A model generated the notes under the pieces. The model worked only from the letters and a program-made list of their open reading frames with translations, was not told where the DNA came from and searched no databases. Shown piece after piece: positions 38,574 to 47,200 of a stretch of 64,000 bases of DNA. The stretch comes from a virus. The DNA lies in IMG/VR virus record IMGVR_UViG_3300042922_000661, positions 31,174 through 95,173 of that record. One strand, written 5' to 3'. The position numbers and the translations under genes were made by a program. The number at the start of each line of letters is the position of its first letter. Position 1 is the stretch's first letter.

Positions 38574-38722
38574 CGTTGTTGGTGGCCGGTGCCATACCCG
38601 GCAAGTAACCTCTCAAGCGACTGGTCAACATGGTTACTGGCGGCTAAAACCCCTTTGTACGCAAAATATGAAGCGGGGGCCAGTCTTGCGATCGCAGCAG
38701 CAACTGCGAATGCACCACAACG
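38574..38722 (-). ncRNA. tRNA-like/multibranch RNA (module 2)
   Basis: Closing stem CGTTGTGGTG/CACCAACAACG; 3' hairpin GCCGG-GTATGGCA-CCGGC; internal hairpins. Confidence 0.55.
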
Positions 38723-38795
38723 GAGAGAGCACTGATCGTTCCTAGTCCAACGACACTTTGCGCAAAGCGTCAATGCTCTTTCCTGTTGGTGTGCC

Positions 38796-38924
38796 TTATT
38801 TGCGGCGGTGCTTCTTCATGCCGCCTCTCGCCGCTTTGATGAACGTCTCAATACCGTAGATAGCCACCAGCGCGTAAATCACGGTGAGAAACGGGTGTTC
38901 TGCAGCAAACTCTGATAACGACAT
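38796..38924 (-). CDS. 42-aa single-TM peptide
   Basis: MSLSEFAAEHPFLTVIYALVAIYGIETFIKAARGGMKKHRRK; AGGA RBS. Confidence 0.6.
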   Translation of the reverse strand: MSLSEFAAEHPFLTVIYALVAIYGIETFIKAARGGMKKHRRK

Positions 38925-38979
38925 ATCGCGTCCTGTCGTGGGGGAATGAGGTTGTTGTGATCGTTTTCCGTTAGCGCGA

Positions 38980-39118
38980 TTGTTCAATGAGGCGGGACTT
39001 AAACCCGCTTTGCCTTCGCAGCCCATCGCTGACCGCCTGTGTCGATTCACAGGCAGGGCTTTCGCCCCGTGGATTCCGGATCCACAACTCCTACGGTGTG
39101 TTAAAGCGATCACCACAA
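38980..39118 (-). ncRNA. tRNA-like/multibranch RNA (module 3)
   Basis: T-arm GCGGG-TTTAAGT-CCCGC next to a closing stem; internal hairpins GTGGAT..ATCCAC, GGGC-GAAA-GCCC and GCCTGTG..CACAGGC. Confidence 0.55.
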
Positions 39119-39299
39119 CGGTCGAGAACACTGAGCAACCACGCGCCGGATGTTCTTTTCAATCACCCTTCAGTGTTCTCGCCGTTATGGGCTGGTCTTT
39201 CCCGGCTGTCACGAACTGTTAAGGTCTGCCGCTGACCTGCTCTGCCACCAGCCAAATTAGCCGGTAGACAGGGCATCGCCTGGTGTTGGCGTGTAGTGC

Positions 39300-39417
39300 A
39301 TGGGGGGCTGGTGCCTCCAGCTGTCCGATACGGAATCTACGGACGGGTCTTGTAAAGGAATTTGCAAAACGTCAGGTAACTGTTCCGTCCCGCGTGCGCA
39401 TAGCCGCATTCCCCCAT
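39300..39417 (-). ncRNA. tRNA-like/multibranch RNA (module 4)
   Basis: Closing stem ATGGGGG/CCCCCAT; 5' AATGCGGCTATGCGC; 3' hairpin GCTGG-AGGCA-CCAGC. Confidence 0.55.
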
Positions 39418-39667
39418 TTGTGAGCGCGCTGACAGAGGTAATCTTTCGCCAAACGCCAGGTAAAACGATAGAAACACCAGCACGCTCACAAATAGTGATC
39501 CCTTACGAGGATCAGGCGGGAACATGTTTAAGCCTCATGGGGCATTCTTTGCGCGGGTTTAGTCCATCAACCGCGTTCACTGCCATGACAGGAGGGGCTA
39601 CTTGCCGTTCACCCTTCTCATAACACGCCTGGAAAAGGTAATTAACCAGGGGCGGCCCGTTACGAAC

Positions 39668-39740
39668 TGGTGCATGGGGTCGGATTTGAACCGACGGCGG
39701 ACTTAACAACTTCTGCGTTCGGCCTCTTCGCTACCCATGC
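39668..39740 (-). tRNA. Degenerate tRNA (Asn-like GTT loop, unpaired anticodon stem)
   Basis: GCATGGG/CCCATGC acceptor, D-arm, GTCGG-TTCAAAT-CCGAC T-arm, A-CCA end; only 73 nt and the anticodon stem does not pair. Confidence 0.6.
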
Positions 39741-39919
39741 TGAATACTTGCCGGTGCATAACCCGGCGCGGACACTTAGGCATCTGGTCAACCTGCCCGC
39801 TTGCGTAAAAAATGGATAGCTTTACACCCAGCCAGATTTGCATTGCGTCTGCCTCGCAACTGAAACGTTTTCCCCGATCCAGCCGTCAACACACCTTAAT
39901 GCGTTCACGGCTGAGCCTG

Positions 39920-39944
39920 AAAAAAAGCCCGGAAACTACCGGGC
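39920..39944 (-). terminator. Intrinsic terminator/attenuator in the leader of the RNA array
   Basis: GCCCGG-TAGTTT-CCGGGCTTTTTTT on the minus strand. Confidence 0.7.
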
Positions 39945-40088
39945 ATAAAAGACTACACACAGCAAAACCAGCTCGTAAACCGGTTTTGCTCTGTGGGTAA
40001 AACCTCGATTAAACAATTAACTATGAATAACCCACAAAAAAACCTATCGGATTTTTAGCAGCACTTCTCTGTGCTGCCAGCGAGGGGA

Positions 40089-40143
40089 AATGTACACAAA
40101 GCAGAGTTATGAATCAATGAAAATCTAAGAAATCTCTTAGATT
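40089..40143 (-). promoter_or_regulatory. Early sigma70 promoter with adjacent putative C1 operator
   Basis: TTGATT-17-TACATT (40117 to 40089); AATCTAA-GAAATCTC-TTAGATT at 40122-40143. Confidence 0.7.
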
Positions 40144-40179
40144 TTCAAAGCTAAATAATGAAGGTGAATTGCGGGGGTA

Positions 40180-41469
40180 TCAGCGGCGTTTGATGTTCGG
40201 GTTTTTGATGTTCTCAATGTCACCGTTTGCTTTAGACCAGTTGATACACCAGCTATTTATGGCAGCTCGAATCTCAGCTTCCGAGGCTTCACTCAGCCCC
40301 TTCATTAGGGCCAGTTTGCCCGGTAACTCGCCAGCTACGTTTGCCACACACTCATAACCCGCTTTAGTCAGTACGTTGAGGATGCGTGTTGGTATGGCCA
40401 GCTCTGACAATGGCGCAGCCTGCCCGTCCAGAATGCGCTGGTGGAGACGTGGGAAGTCAATTACCAGGCGCTTCATGATGCGTGTATGCAGCTCATCGTT
40501 GATGGCTGTGTCCCACATAGGCAAAAGGTCAGGCAGGAGACGGAATACAGGATTGCCCCACACACCCGGCACAACGTCCATCGCCAGCATCATCGCAGTG
40601 CGGATCTGGAAGTGGAAATCTGCCGTCTCAATGGAAACATCACGGATGCCATGGAAGACGCTCAGTCCGAAATGGAAGTTATAGATGTAACAGCCCACGT
40701 CGCCGGTGCCGTCCGGCAACTGAAGCAGAAACTGCTGCACGTCTTCCCGGCCATCGTGAAAATCAACGCGCTCTTTAATGTGATTGTACAGTGCAGTCGT
40801 CTTCAGCAGATCGTTGGCCGTCTCAGCGCGCAGACGGCGCTCAGTGCCGACAACCTTATCTGCGATATTCAGTTTGCTCTGCAACTCCTGACGCTTTGCG
40901 CTTTCTTTCTTGCGGTCGGCGCGCATCTGCGAAATGGTCTTATCACGCTCGTTAAGGTCAAGCGCCAGACGTTCAGGGTGCTTGCGCCGGTATTGGGCAT
41001 GCTCTTGAGTAAGCGTGGCCAGCGCCAGCTGTGCGGTGGTCAGTGCGGACTTCACACCATCACGGGCGTTTTCTGCGTTGATCACGCGGTTCTCAGCCTC
41101 TGAAACCTTTGCTTCTGCTGCTTCTCTGGCTTCTTCAATGGCGTTCTGCGCATCGAGGCGGATTTTCGTTATCTCGCCGTGCAGCGCTGAATGCGAGCTC
41201 AGCTGCTCTTCCGCCTGCTCCAGGGCGTCTGCCATCAGATTATAGGTGTCGGCTTCATGGTTGAGGCGCAGGCCAATATCGATCTGGATCTGCTCCAGCG
41301 CGTTCGTGCAGTTGTTTAAGAGTCGCAATTCCAGGTCATCGAGCGTGAGGCGCTTTCTGATCGAATTAAGCTGGCCGTAAGCGGTGACAAAGGACTGGTG
41401 CAATACGTCGTCGTCAACGGTGCATTCTGGAAGTTGTTGCAGCTGCTGGATTGGGGCGAGTGTAGTCAT
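40180..41469 (-). CDS. PmgS-like coiled-coil protein with C-terminal RNAP alpha-CTD-like HhH domain
   Basis: 429 aa; long coiled coil; PLSELAIPTRILNVLTKAGY...MKGLSEASEAEI. The pmgS link rests on size and context only. Confidence 0.6.
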   Translation of the reverse strand: MTTLAPIQQLQQLPECTVDDDVLHQSFVTAYGQLNSIRKRLTLDDLELRLLNNCTNALEQIQIDIGLRLNHEADTYNLMADALEQAEEQLSSHSALHGEITKIRLDAQNAIEEAREAAEAKVSEAENRVINAENARDGVKSALTTAQLALATLTQEHAQYRRKHPERLALDLNERDKTISQMRADRKKESAKRQELQSKLNIADKVVGTERRLRAETANDLLKTTALYNHIKERVDFHDGREDVQQFLLQLPDGTGDVGCYIYNFHFGLSVFHGIRDVSIETADFHFQIRTAMMLAMDVVPGVWGNPVFRLLPDLLPMWDTAINDELHTRIMKRLVIDFPRLHQRILDGQAAPLSELAIPTRILNVLTKAGYECVANVAGELPGKLALMKGLSEASEAEIRAAINSWCINWSKANGDIENIKNPNIKRR

Positions 41470-41526
41470 AAGGTGGTATCAGATCCGCGAGTTATTTGCG
41501 GCGGATGATAACTCTAAATTAACCAC

Positions 41527-41548
41527 TATCTAAGAGTTTTCTTAGAAT
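41527..41548. promoter_or_regulatory. Putative C1 operator
   Basis: TATCTAA-GAGTTTTC-TTAGAAT. Confidence 0.6.
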
Positions 41549-41609
41549 TTATTAAACGATTTAGGAGGGGTAATAGTGGCTGAGTCGTTTCTCAGCCACC
41601 AGCAGGAGG

Positions 41610-41900
41610 CTAAGCCAGCTTGAGGGTGATCAAAACACAGGCGACTGCTGTGACCAGCAGCAGTGCATGCAACAGTATCGACGGCTTTTTGATCTCACCA
41701 CTCTCATACTCTGCCTGCGACATGCGCCCCAAGTAACTATGAGACACCAACACGGCGTTTTCATCAAAGCTCAGCGTCTGCCGAACTTCCTCCAGCGCAG
41801 GACGTGGAATCTGGCGTGTAGCCAGCTGGACAACGGCGGATCGCATCTTGCCGTTGTCGCCCATGTAGCAGACCGAATGGTAATGAAGCGGTGCAGCCAT
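41610..41900 (-). CDS. Hypothetical protein with C-terminal TM helix
   Basis: 96 aa, TAATG coupling. Confidence 0.55.
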   Translation of the reverse strand: MAAPLHYHSVCYMGDNGKMRSAVVQLATRQIPRPALEEVRQTLSFDENAVLVSHSYLGRMSQAEYESGEIKKPSILLHALLLVTAVACVLITLKLA

Positions 41901-42418
41901 TAGTGAATAACCACCCAGTCATTTACCCGCATATCGTCAATGCTCAGGTCGTGCATTTCCATACCGCCGTCCGGACGGGCCAGTATAAGTACGTCGTCAC
42001 CTTCATGCTCCTGCTCCAGAGACACGAAATACCCCGTCTCCCATGCCTCACGACGCATCAGCATTTCAGGGTTTTCTTTCATTTTCAGCATGGCCTGACG
42101 ATAGCAGCACGTAATGGCACCGATTCCAATTTTATTTAAACCCTCAATCTGTGCCGTCGTCATGCGTGCTCGTCCTTCTGTAAATGATTTTCGTAAGATG
42201 TAACTGACACCCTTTACGCCGCCGAAGTAATTCAGCTGGCGACTACTCATGCCGCTCTGCGCCATAAGTTCCCCTTTCGGTACCCTGAACATGCCGACTT
42301 CCAAAGCCAGTTCGGCAAACACTGAAAGCCCCCGCCCTAAGCTAATACGCGTTTTGGTTCGACGCGCATACTGCTCAAACGTGGGGCATCCAGTAAAAAA
42401 TTGCGCATCAAAAAGCAC
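41900..42418 (-). CDS. Protein with C-terminal DUF2829/Tad2-like domain
   Basis: QAMLKMK...MRREAWETG...LSIDDMRVNDWVV; start codon uncertain. Confidence 0.5.
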   Translation of the reverse strand: MLFDAQFFTGCPTFEQYARRTKTRISLGRGLSVFAELALEVGMFRVPKGELMAQSGMSSRQLNYFGGVKGVSYILRKSFTEGRARMTTAQIEGLNKIGIGAITCCYRQAMLKMKENPEMLMRREAWETGYFVSLEQEHEGDDVLILARPDGGMEMHDLSIDDMRVNDWVVIH

Positions 42419-42421
42419 TCG

Positions 42422-43009
42422 TTAACTCCAGAATCCGTCATTTTCATGCGCTGGCATTATTTCGCCCGCCTTCAGAACTGCGTACTGCTCCATCATCCTG
42501 ATAGTCTCTTCAGGTGAAAATGATAAAAGAACGTAAAACCCCTGTGCCTTAAGGCGGCGCATCCACGCCACCTGATGCTCTGAGGGCATACGCTTGCCGT
42601 GTTTCTGCTCTACTCGCATCCCGTGATAGACGCCTGCCGGTATTTCCAGGGACATATCCGGAACGCCCCGCTTTGCGCCTTCAGCCTCTATCGCTGCTGC
42701 GGTTGATTTAAGGCGAAACCCTCCGTTAGGTACGGCAAAAAGATGGTCGTAAATAACCCTGTTCGTGCGGTAGAAATAATCAAATATTCGAACCTGATCG
42801 TAATGCTCATGCCTGCCTTTGCGCAGGTCGGGATTTTTGACGAGAGCGGCCAGCGCCTTAGCGTGAACCGATATTTCAATTACTGCCGCTAACCAGGTAG
42901 ACGCTTTGCCAGATTTTACCGACTTAGCGCCAGCAGTTTTATCTGCTGTCTTGCTGCGGGTTTTTTGGTTTTTTTTATAGGAGTGCAACCACTCTTCACT
43001 GAAGCGCAT
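42422..43009 (-). CDS. VRR-NUC nuclease (P1 PmgM-like)
   Basis: FAVPNGG, GVPD, EQK and QVAWMRRL motifs; start at MRFSEE, matching a recalled P1 homolog. Confidence 0.8.
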   Translation of the reverse strand: MRFSEEWLHSYKKNQKTRSKTADKTAGAKSVKSGKASTWLAAVIEISVHAKALAALVKNPDLRKGRHEHYDQVRIFDYFYRTNRVIYDHLFAVPNGGFRLKSTAAAIEAEGAKRGVPDMSLEIPAGVYHGMRVEQKHGKRMPSEHQVAWMRRLKAQGFYVLLSFSPEETIRMMEQYAVLKAGEIMPAHENDGFWS

Positions 43010-43144
43010 ATCCGAAATTGCCAACCGATGATTAAGTATTCTAAAAGGTGGATTCGCGTCGGGGGTATTTTTAACGCTGGGACGGGAAAAAACAAGCCTG
43101 TAATTTATATCTTTCAAAGATAAAGATTACAGGCCTTTATCAGC

Positions 43145-43309
43145 TTACTGGTGAGCGATCCACATCAGCATGAGGCTGTAGACGAGGCCGATTGTGCTCA
43201 GACAAAGTGTGATGAATTTGCCAATTACATTAGCCAGAGGCGCATTTGACGCCTCGGTTTCTTTGATTTGGGTGGTATTAACAAAATCACGCTGCGCAAA
43301 ATGTTTCAT
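43145..43309 (-). CDS. 54-aa membrane peptide
   Basis: MKHFAQRDF... with a C-terminal TM helix; operator-like site at 43428. Confidence 0.45.
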   Translation of the reverse strand: MKHFAQRDFVNTTQIKETEASNAPLANVIGKFITLCLSTIGLVYSLMLMWIAHQ

Positions 43310-43459
43310 GTTATATTCTCTTCGTTGTGTGCAGGGGTGTACGTCGCCAAACAGAACCCCTGCAATATGCGAAAGCCCGGCCATATGGTCGGGCTTTTTC
43401 TTGGGCGCCACCTAAGCGGCTTAAGAGAATCTAAGGGTTTTCTAGTTTTCAGTCAACGA

Positions 43460-43747
43460 TTAAGAAAAGTTTTTGTTACTTTTCACGTGTGGCAAGGCTT
43501 CATCGGTGCTTTTCAGGCGCGAAAGCGCGTCATCAAGTGCATTCAGCCAGCTGGTTTTATCCAGCTCTCGCACTTTCATAACTCTCTGCTTTGTATAGGG
43601 ATTTATCACCCATACCCATATTTCTTTGTCCTGCCGGTCACGCATCGTAAAAACTCCTGTGGGGGAGTAAAATTCCAGCTCTGCGCCCGCGGCAAATGCA
43701 TAGGCTTCGAGTTCCTCCAGCTTCAGGTATTTGTTTTCTCGTGGCAC
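43460..43747 (-). CDS. lxc: Lxc-like C1 corepressor
   Basis: 95 aa; position after ulx as in P1; weak recalled similarity. Confidence 0.55.
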   Translation of the reverse strand: MPRENKYLKLEELEAYAFAAGAELEFYSPTGVFTMRDRQDKEIWVWVINPYTKQRVMKVRELDKTSWLNALDDALSRLKSTDEALPHVKSNKNFS

Positions 43748-43755
43748 GATGTCTC

Positions 43756-44184
43756 CTAAAATCTTCTTTTCTCTATTGATTCATCATAGCTGACGTAAGT
43801 GTATGGTTCCGTATCGTCAGCTGATGGCATAACGGGCAGCAGGTGAGTTGCACTGTATATGGCGTCATTTTCTATACGCTCATCGGCATACAGATGCGCT
43901 GCAACTACCGTGAGTGCTGGCCGCGAGAGCGAGTATATTTCGGCTACGTCACTTTCTACTACCTGACCGAATTTAGTAACAGAACTTTCCAGTAATAGCG
44001 TTTTAATTGCAGGCCACCATGGGCCAAAGGCGCGGTATGCAAGCCTTGCACTGCTGGCGCGCTTTACTAAGTTTTCCAGATAATGCTTTAAAAACGCCTC
44101 TTCGGTGCGTCCGTCCAGCGCCAGGGGCAGCAGGCTTTCAATGTACGTCTCGGTTGGCTTGATGGTATCAATCAGTGTCGTCAT
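43756..44184 (-). CDS. ulx: Ulx, enhancer of DarB incorporation
   Basis: DTIKP..TY, YRAFGPWWPAIK, RPALT, HLLPV and SYD match recalled P1 Ulx. Confidence 0.85.
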   Translation of the reverse strand: MTTLIDTIKPTETYIESLLPLALDGRTEEAFLKHYLENLVKRASSARLAYRAFGPWWPAIKTLLLESSVTKFGQVVESDVAEIYSLSRPALTVVAAHLYADERIENDAIYSATHLLPVMPSADDTEPYTYVSYDESIEKRRF

Positions 44185-44214
44185 GTTATACGGCCCTTGC
44201 GGGCCGCTCCTGAA

Positions 44215-47200
44215 TTAAGCGTTTACAATATCGTTGCGCAACGCATCGAGATCGTGTGAGGAAGGGATAAGCCAGGCGGCTTGTGTGAACTCGTTTCCGG
44301 CTACCGGGTCTTCTTCAAAGTTCCAGAATTTCGCGCCATATTTCTCTTTGATCAGGTCGCGCACCGCTTTGCGCTTGAGTACCGGCTTATCGCTGGTATC
44401 CGTCAGTACGTAGGCACCACCAGCAGGGAAGTCGATTTTAAAGGTGCGGTTTTTCCACTTACGCGAAGCCACCAGCTCCAGCTCGTTTTTCATGACCTGG
44501 AAGCCATCGGATTGCTTCTGTGCCTGCTCAGTGCGCACTGTTGTTGCCGCGGCCGCCGCACGCTGACTTGCCTCTTCGCGGCGTGCCTTAACTTCTTCAG
44601 CAGACAGCTTACCGGTCATTAGCGCCTTGTAGTCGTCCCACGTTGTTGCATAATCCCGGTATTCCCCCCGCTCTATCCGCTCCAGATACGCGTACACCTC
44701 ACTCACCAGCCTTTTGATTGTGCTGGAGGAAGTAAACGTATCTGCACTGATCCCTGATTCATCCAGCGCGCCCAGCGAAACGCCGGCGCGCAGATAAACT
44801 GCCGCAGGAGACTCGGTGACGGTGGCAGCACTATCAACCCCGGTGAATGCGTCAAACTTCGATTTCACCAACAGCGTCGCTATGCCTGCCTGAATATCGC
44901 TTTCTTCCAGCTGATGGAACTGCTGCAGTGCGGCGGCGGCGTACTGCTCTGTGAGTGTCTTGATAGCCTGTACCTTGCCGTCAGCCATTGCATCACGCAG
45001 CTGATCAAACATTCCTTCGTATTCTTTACGGTTGGAGAAGCCTTCCATGCCATTACGGAACTGACGCACGCTGATGCTGTTGCTCCAGTAGTACCGGTCA
45101 CTCTGCGCGCCCAGGAAGGCTGAATGGGCCTCTTTATCCGTTGCGCCAGTGACTTTTCGCCCTGCCGGATCGTTCGCTTCAAACTCTGCCACCAGCTTAT
45201 TGAAGACTTTAACCACGTCCTCCATCCCTGCCTGCTTCCCGTAAGCCTGCAATGCCGTATCGTAATTGCGGCCAAACATCGCCTTAAAGAATCCCTGTGC
45301 CGCGTAAATGTTGTTATCGACGCTGTACTGGTAAAGCTCACGTTTCATCTGCTCATCGCTATGATCCGGATAAAGCCATGTTTCTGCCGGTCGCTCTTCG
45401 CTGGCACTGATCACGCCACTCAGATAAGCCAGTTTCAGCCTGCCGTCATTGTCACGGTACAGCCATCCGTCTGTGCGAACGTTCAGAACGCCCGCGTGAA
45501 TGGCGGCGTAGAAGTCAGCACGGCTCAGCGTGTCCGCAAGGTCTGCCGGTTCGATGCCCTTCGCTGCTTTCTGTAGTGCTTTAGCCTGATCAGTGGTGAT
45601 ATCCACCCGATCGCCCACCAGCGCGGACGGCATTTCAGTAAAGCCCCCCACATTCGGACCGGTATAGCAGCGCAGCGGCTTGTGGATCAGCTCAACTTCA
45701 ACGGTATTTTTCTCCGGGAAGAATTTACGGATCTGAAATACGCCCTTTTCCTGCTTATCGTCACTCATCCAGATTTCATAGCACGCCCCGATACGCACCA
45801 GCTGGCCGTCTGGCAGCTTCATGTACTGTTCAGGTGCGCGCAGCACGTCCGGATCGACTTCCAGTACGCCGGACTTAATCGCACGCTCAACTTCACCGCG
45901 TGAGCGCTTAATGGTGCTGGCGGCACTTTTAGAGCGTGTCAGCGCCTTACGTGCGCCGTTCAGCTCCTGCTCCAGCTTCTTCTGCTTCGCCAGGCCGTCT
46001 CGCAGTTCTGCTCGCGCCACGCGACGATCCTGCCCGCGCCAGTTATCAGCAGATCGCTTGCCGTACTTCTCAACCTCAAGGTTATATGCCGCCTCGGCTT
46101 CGGTGACTGTTTCGCGCAAGCCGTCGATATCGCCGTTAATTTCATCAAAAGCGGCTGACAGTCGGGTAATATTCTCTTCAAGCACTTCCGCTGGCGTGGC
46201 GGCGGCCACGCTTGCCTTCAGGTAGATATCCAGCGCGGCGGTCGCTTCACGCTCGGCCTGCTGGCGCTCGGCGTCACGCTTAGCTTTAAGCTGTGCATCA
46301 ACACGGGCGCGGCGCTCTTCCGGGTTAGCGGCCAGCAGTAGGCTTTGTTCTTCTTTCGACTCTACATCGCCGTTTTTGATGCTGGAAACGTCGGACTTCA
46401 TGACGTCGTTGATCCAGTTTTTCTTACGCTGCAGCGTCTCCAGGCGGAACTCGTCAAATGACCCTTTGCCGCAGTAGTAATGCACGCGCATGGTGTCGCG
46501 CTCAGAACCGACACGGGCGCCGCGTCCGTTACGCTGATCGATACTCGCTGGCGTCCAGGGAAGAGTCAGATGGTGCGTATCGGCGGTGCCTTTGTGCAGG
46601 TTGATCCCCACCTCGGCCTTTTTGTTGCAGATGATGATCGGCGTGCGGCCTTCGTTATAGTCGGCGGCGATACCTTCCATCCCGGCCAGTGACGCATCGC
46701 TCAGTGCGGCCTGATAGTCCTCATAACGCGCCAGCTCCTGATAGTACTTATCCCACGCGCCGTCTTTGAAACTGCCGTCCGCCTTCTCCACCGGCTCAAC
46801 CGGTTTCTTCACGGGCTTCACCTTCACCCCGGACGCTTTGGCAACGGTCGTGGCGTTGATAACTCCGATCTGCTGTTCCTTCAAACCCAGGGCGCTTGCG
46901 ATAATGCGGCGCAGCTTGTTGTGCTGCGACTTTTCATCCATGAAGATGATTTGCTTACCGTCCGGCATGCCTGCCTTCAGGTTCTCAATCAGCGCGGCAT
47001 ACTTCGGCGGTACCGGGTGTGAGACGTTTTGCATACTGATACCGGCAGCAGCGATCGCAGACAGTACCTGCTGTTCCAGCGTGTCGCTCACCACCAGTTC
47101 CACGACGCCGCCGCGATTTTTCAGTGTAGTTTTGACTACCTTGCTTGTGCTTGTGTCGGTCAGGCCGGTTTCTGCATCTTCTGCCGTCTCTTCATCGTCA

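Noticed and set aside
39668-39740. Functional tRNA-Asn(GTT)
   Set aside because: The anticodon stem cannot pair and the arm is too short; reported as degenerate instead.
37904-40000. Plus-strand ORFs and 60-110 aa minus-strand ORFs across the RNA array
   Set aside because: They cross GC-rich hairpins and lack RBSs; only three short RBS-bearing ORFs were kept.
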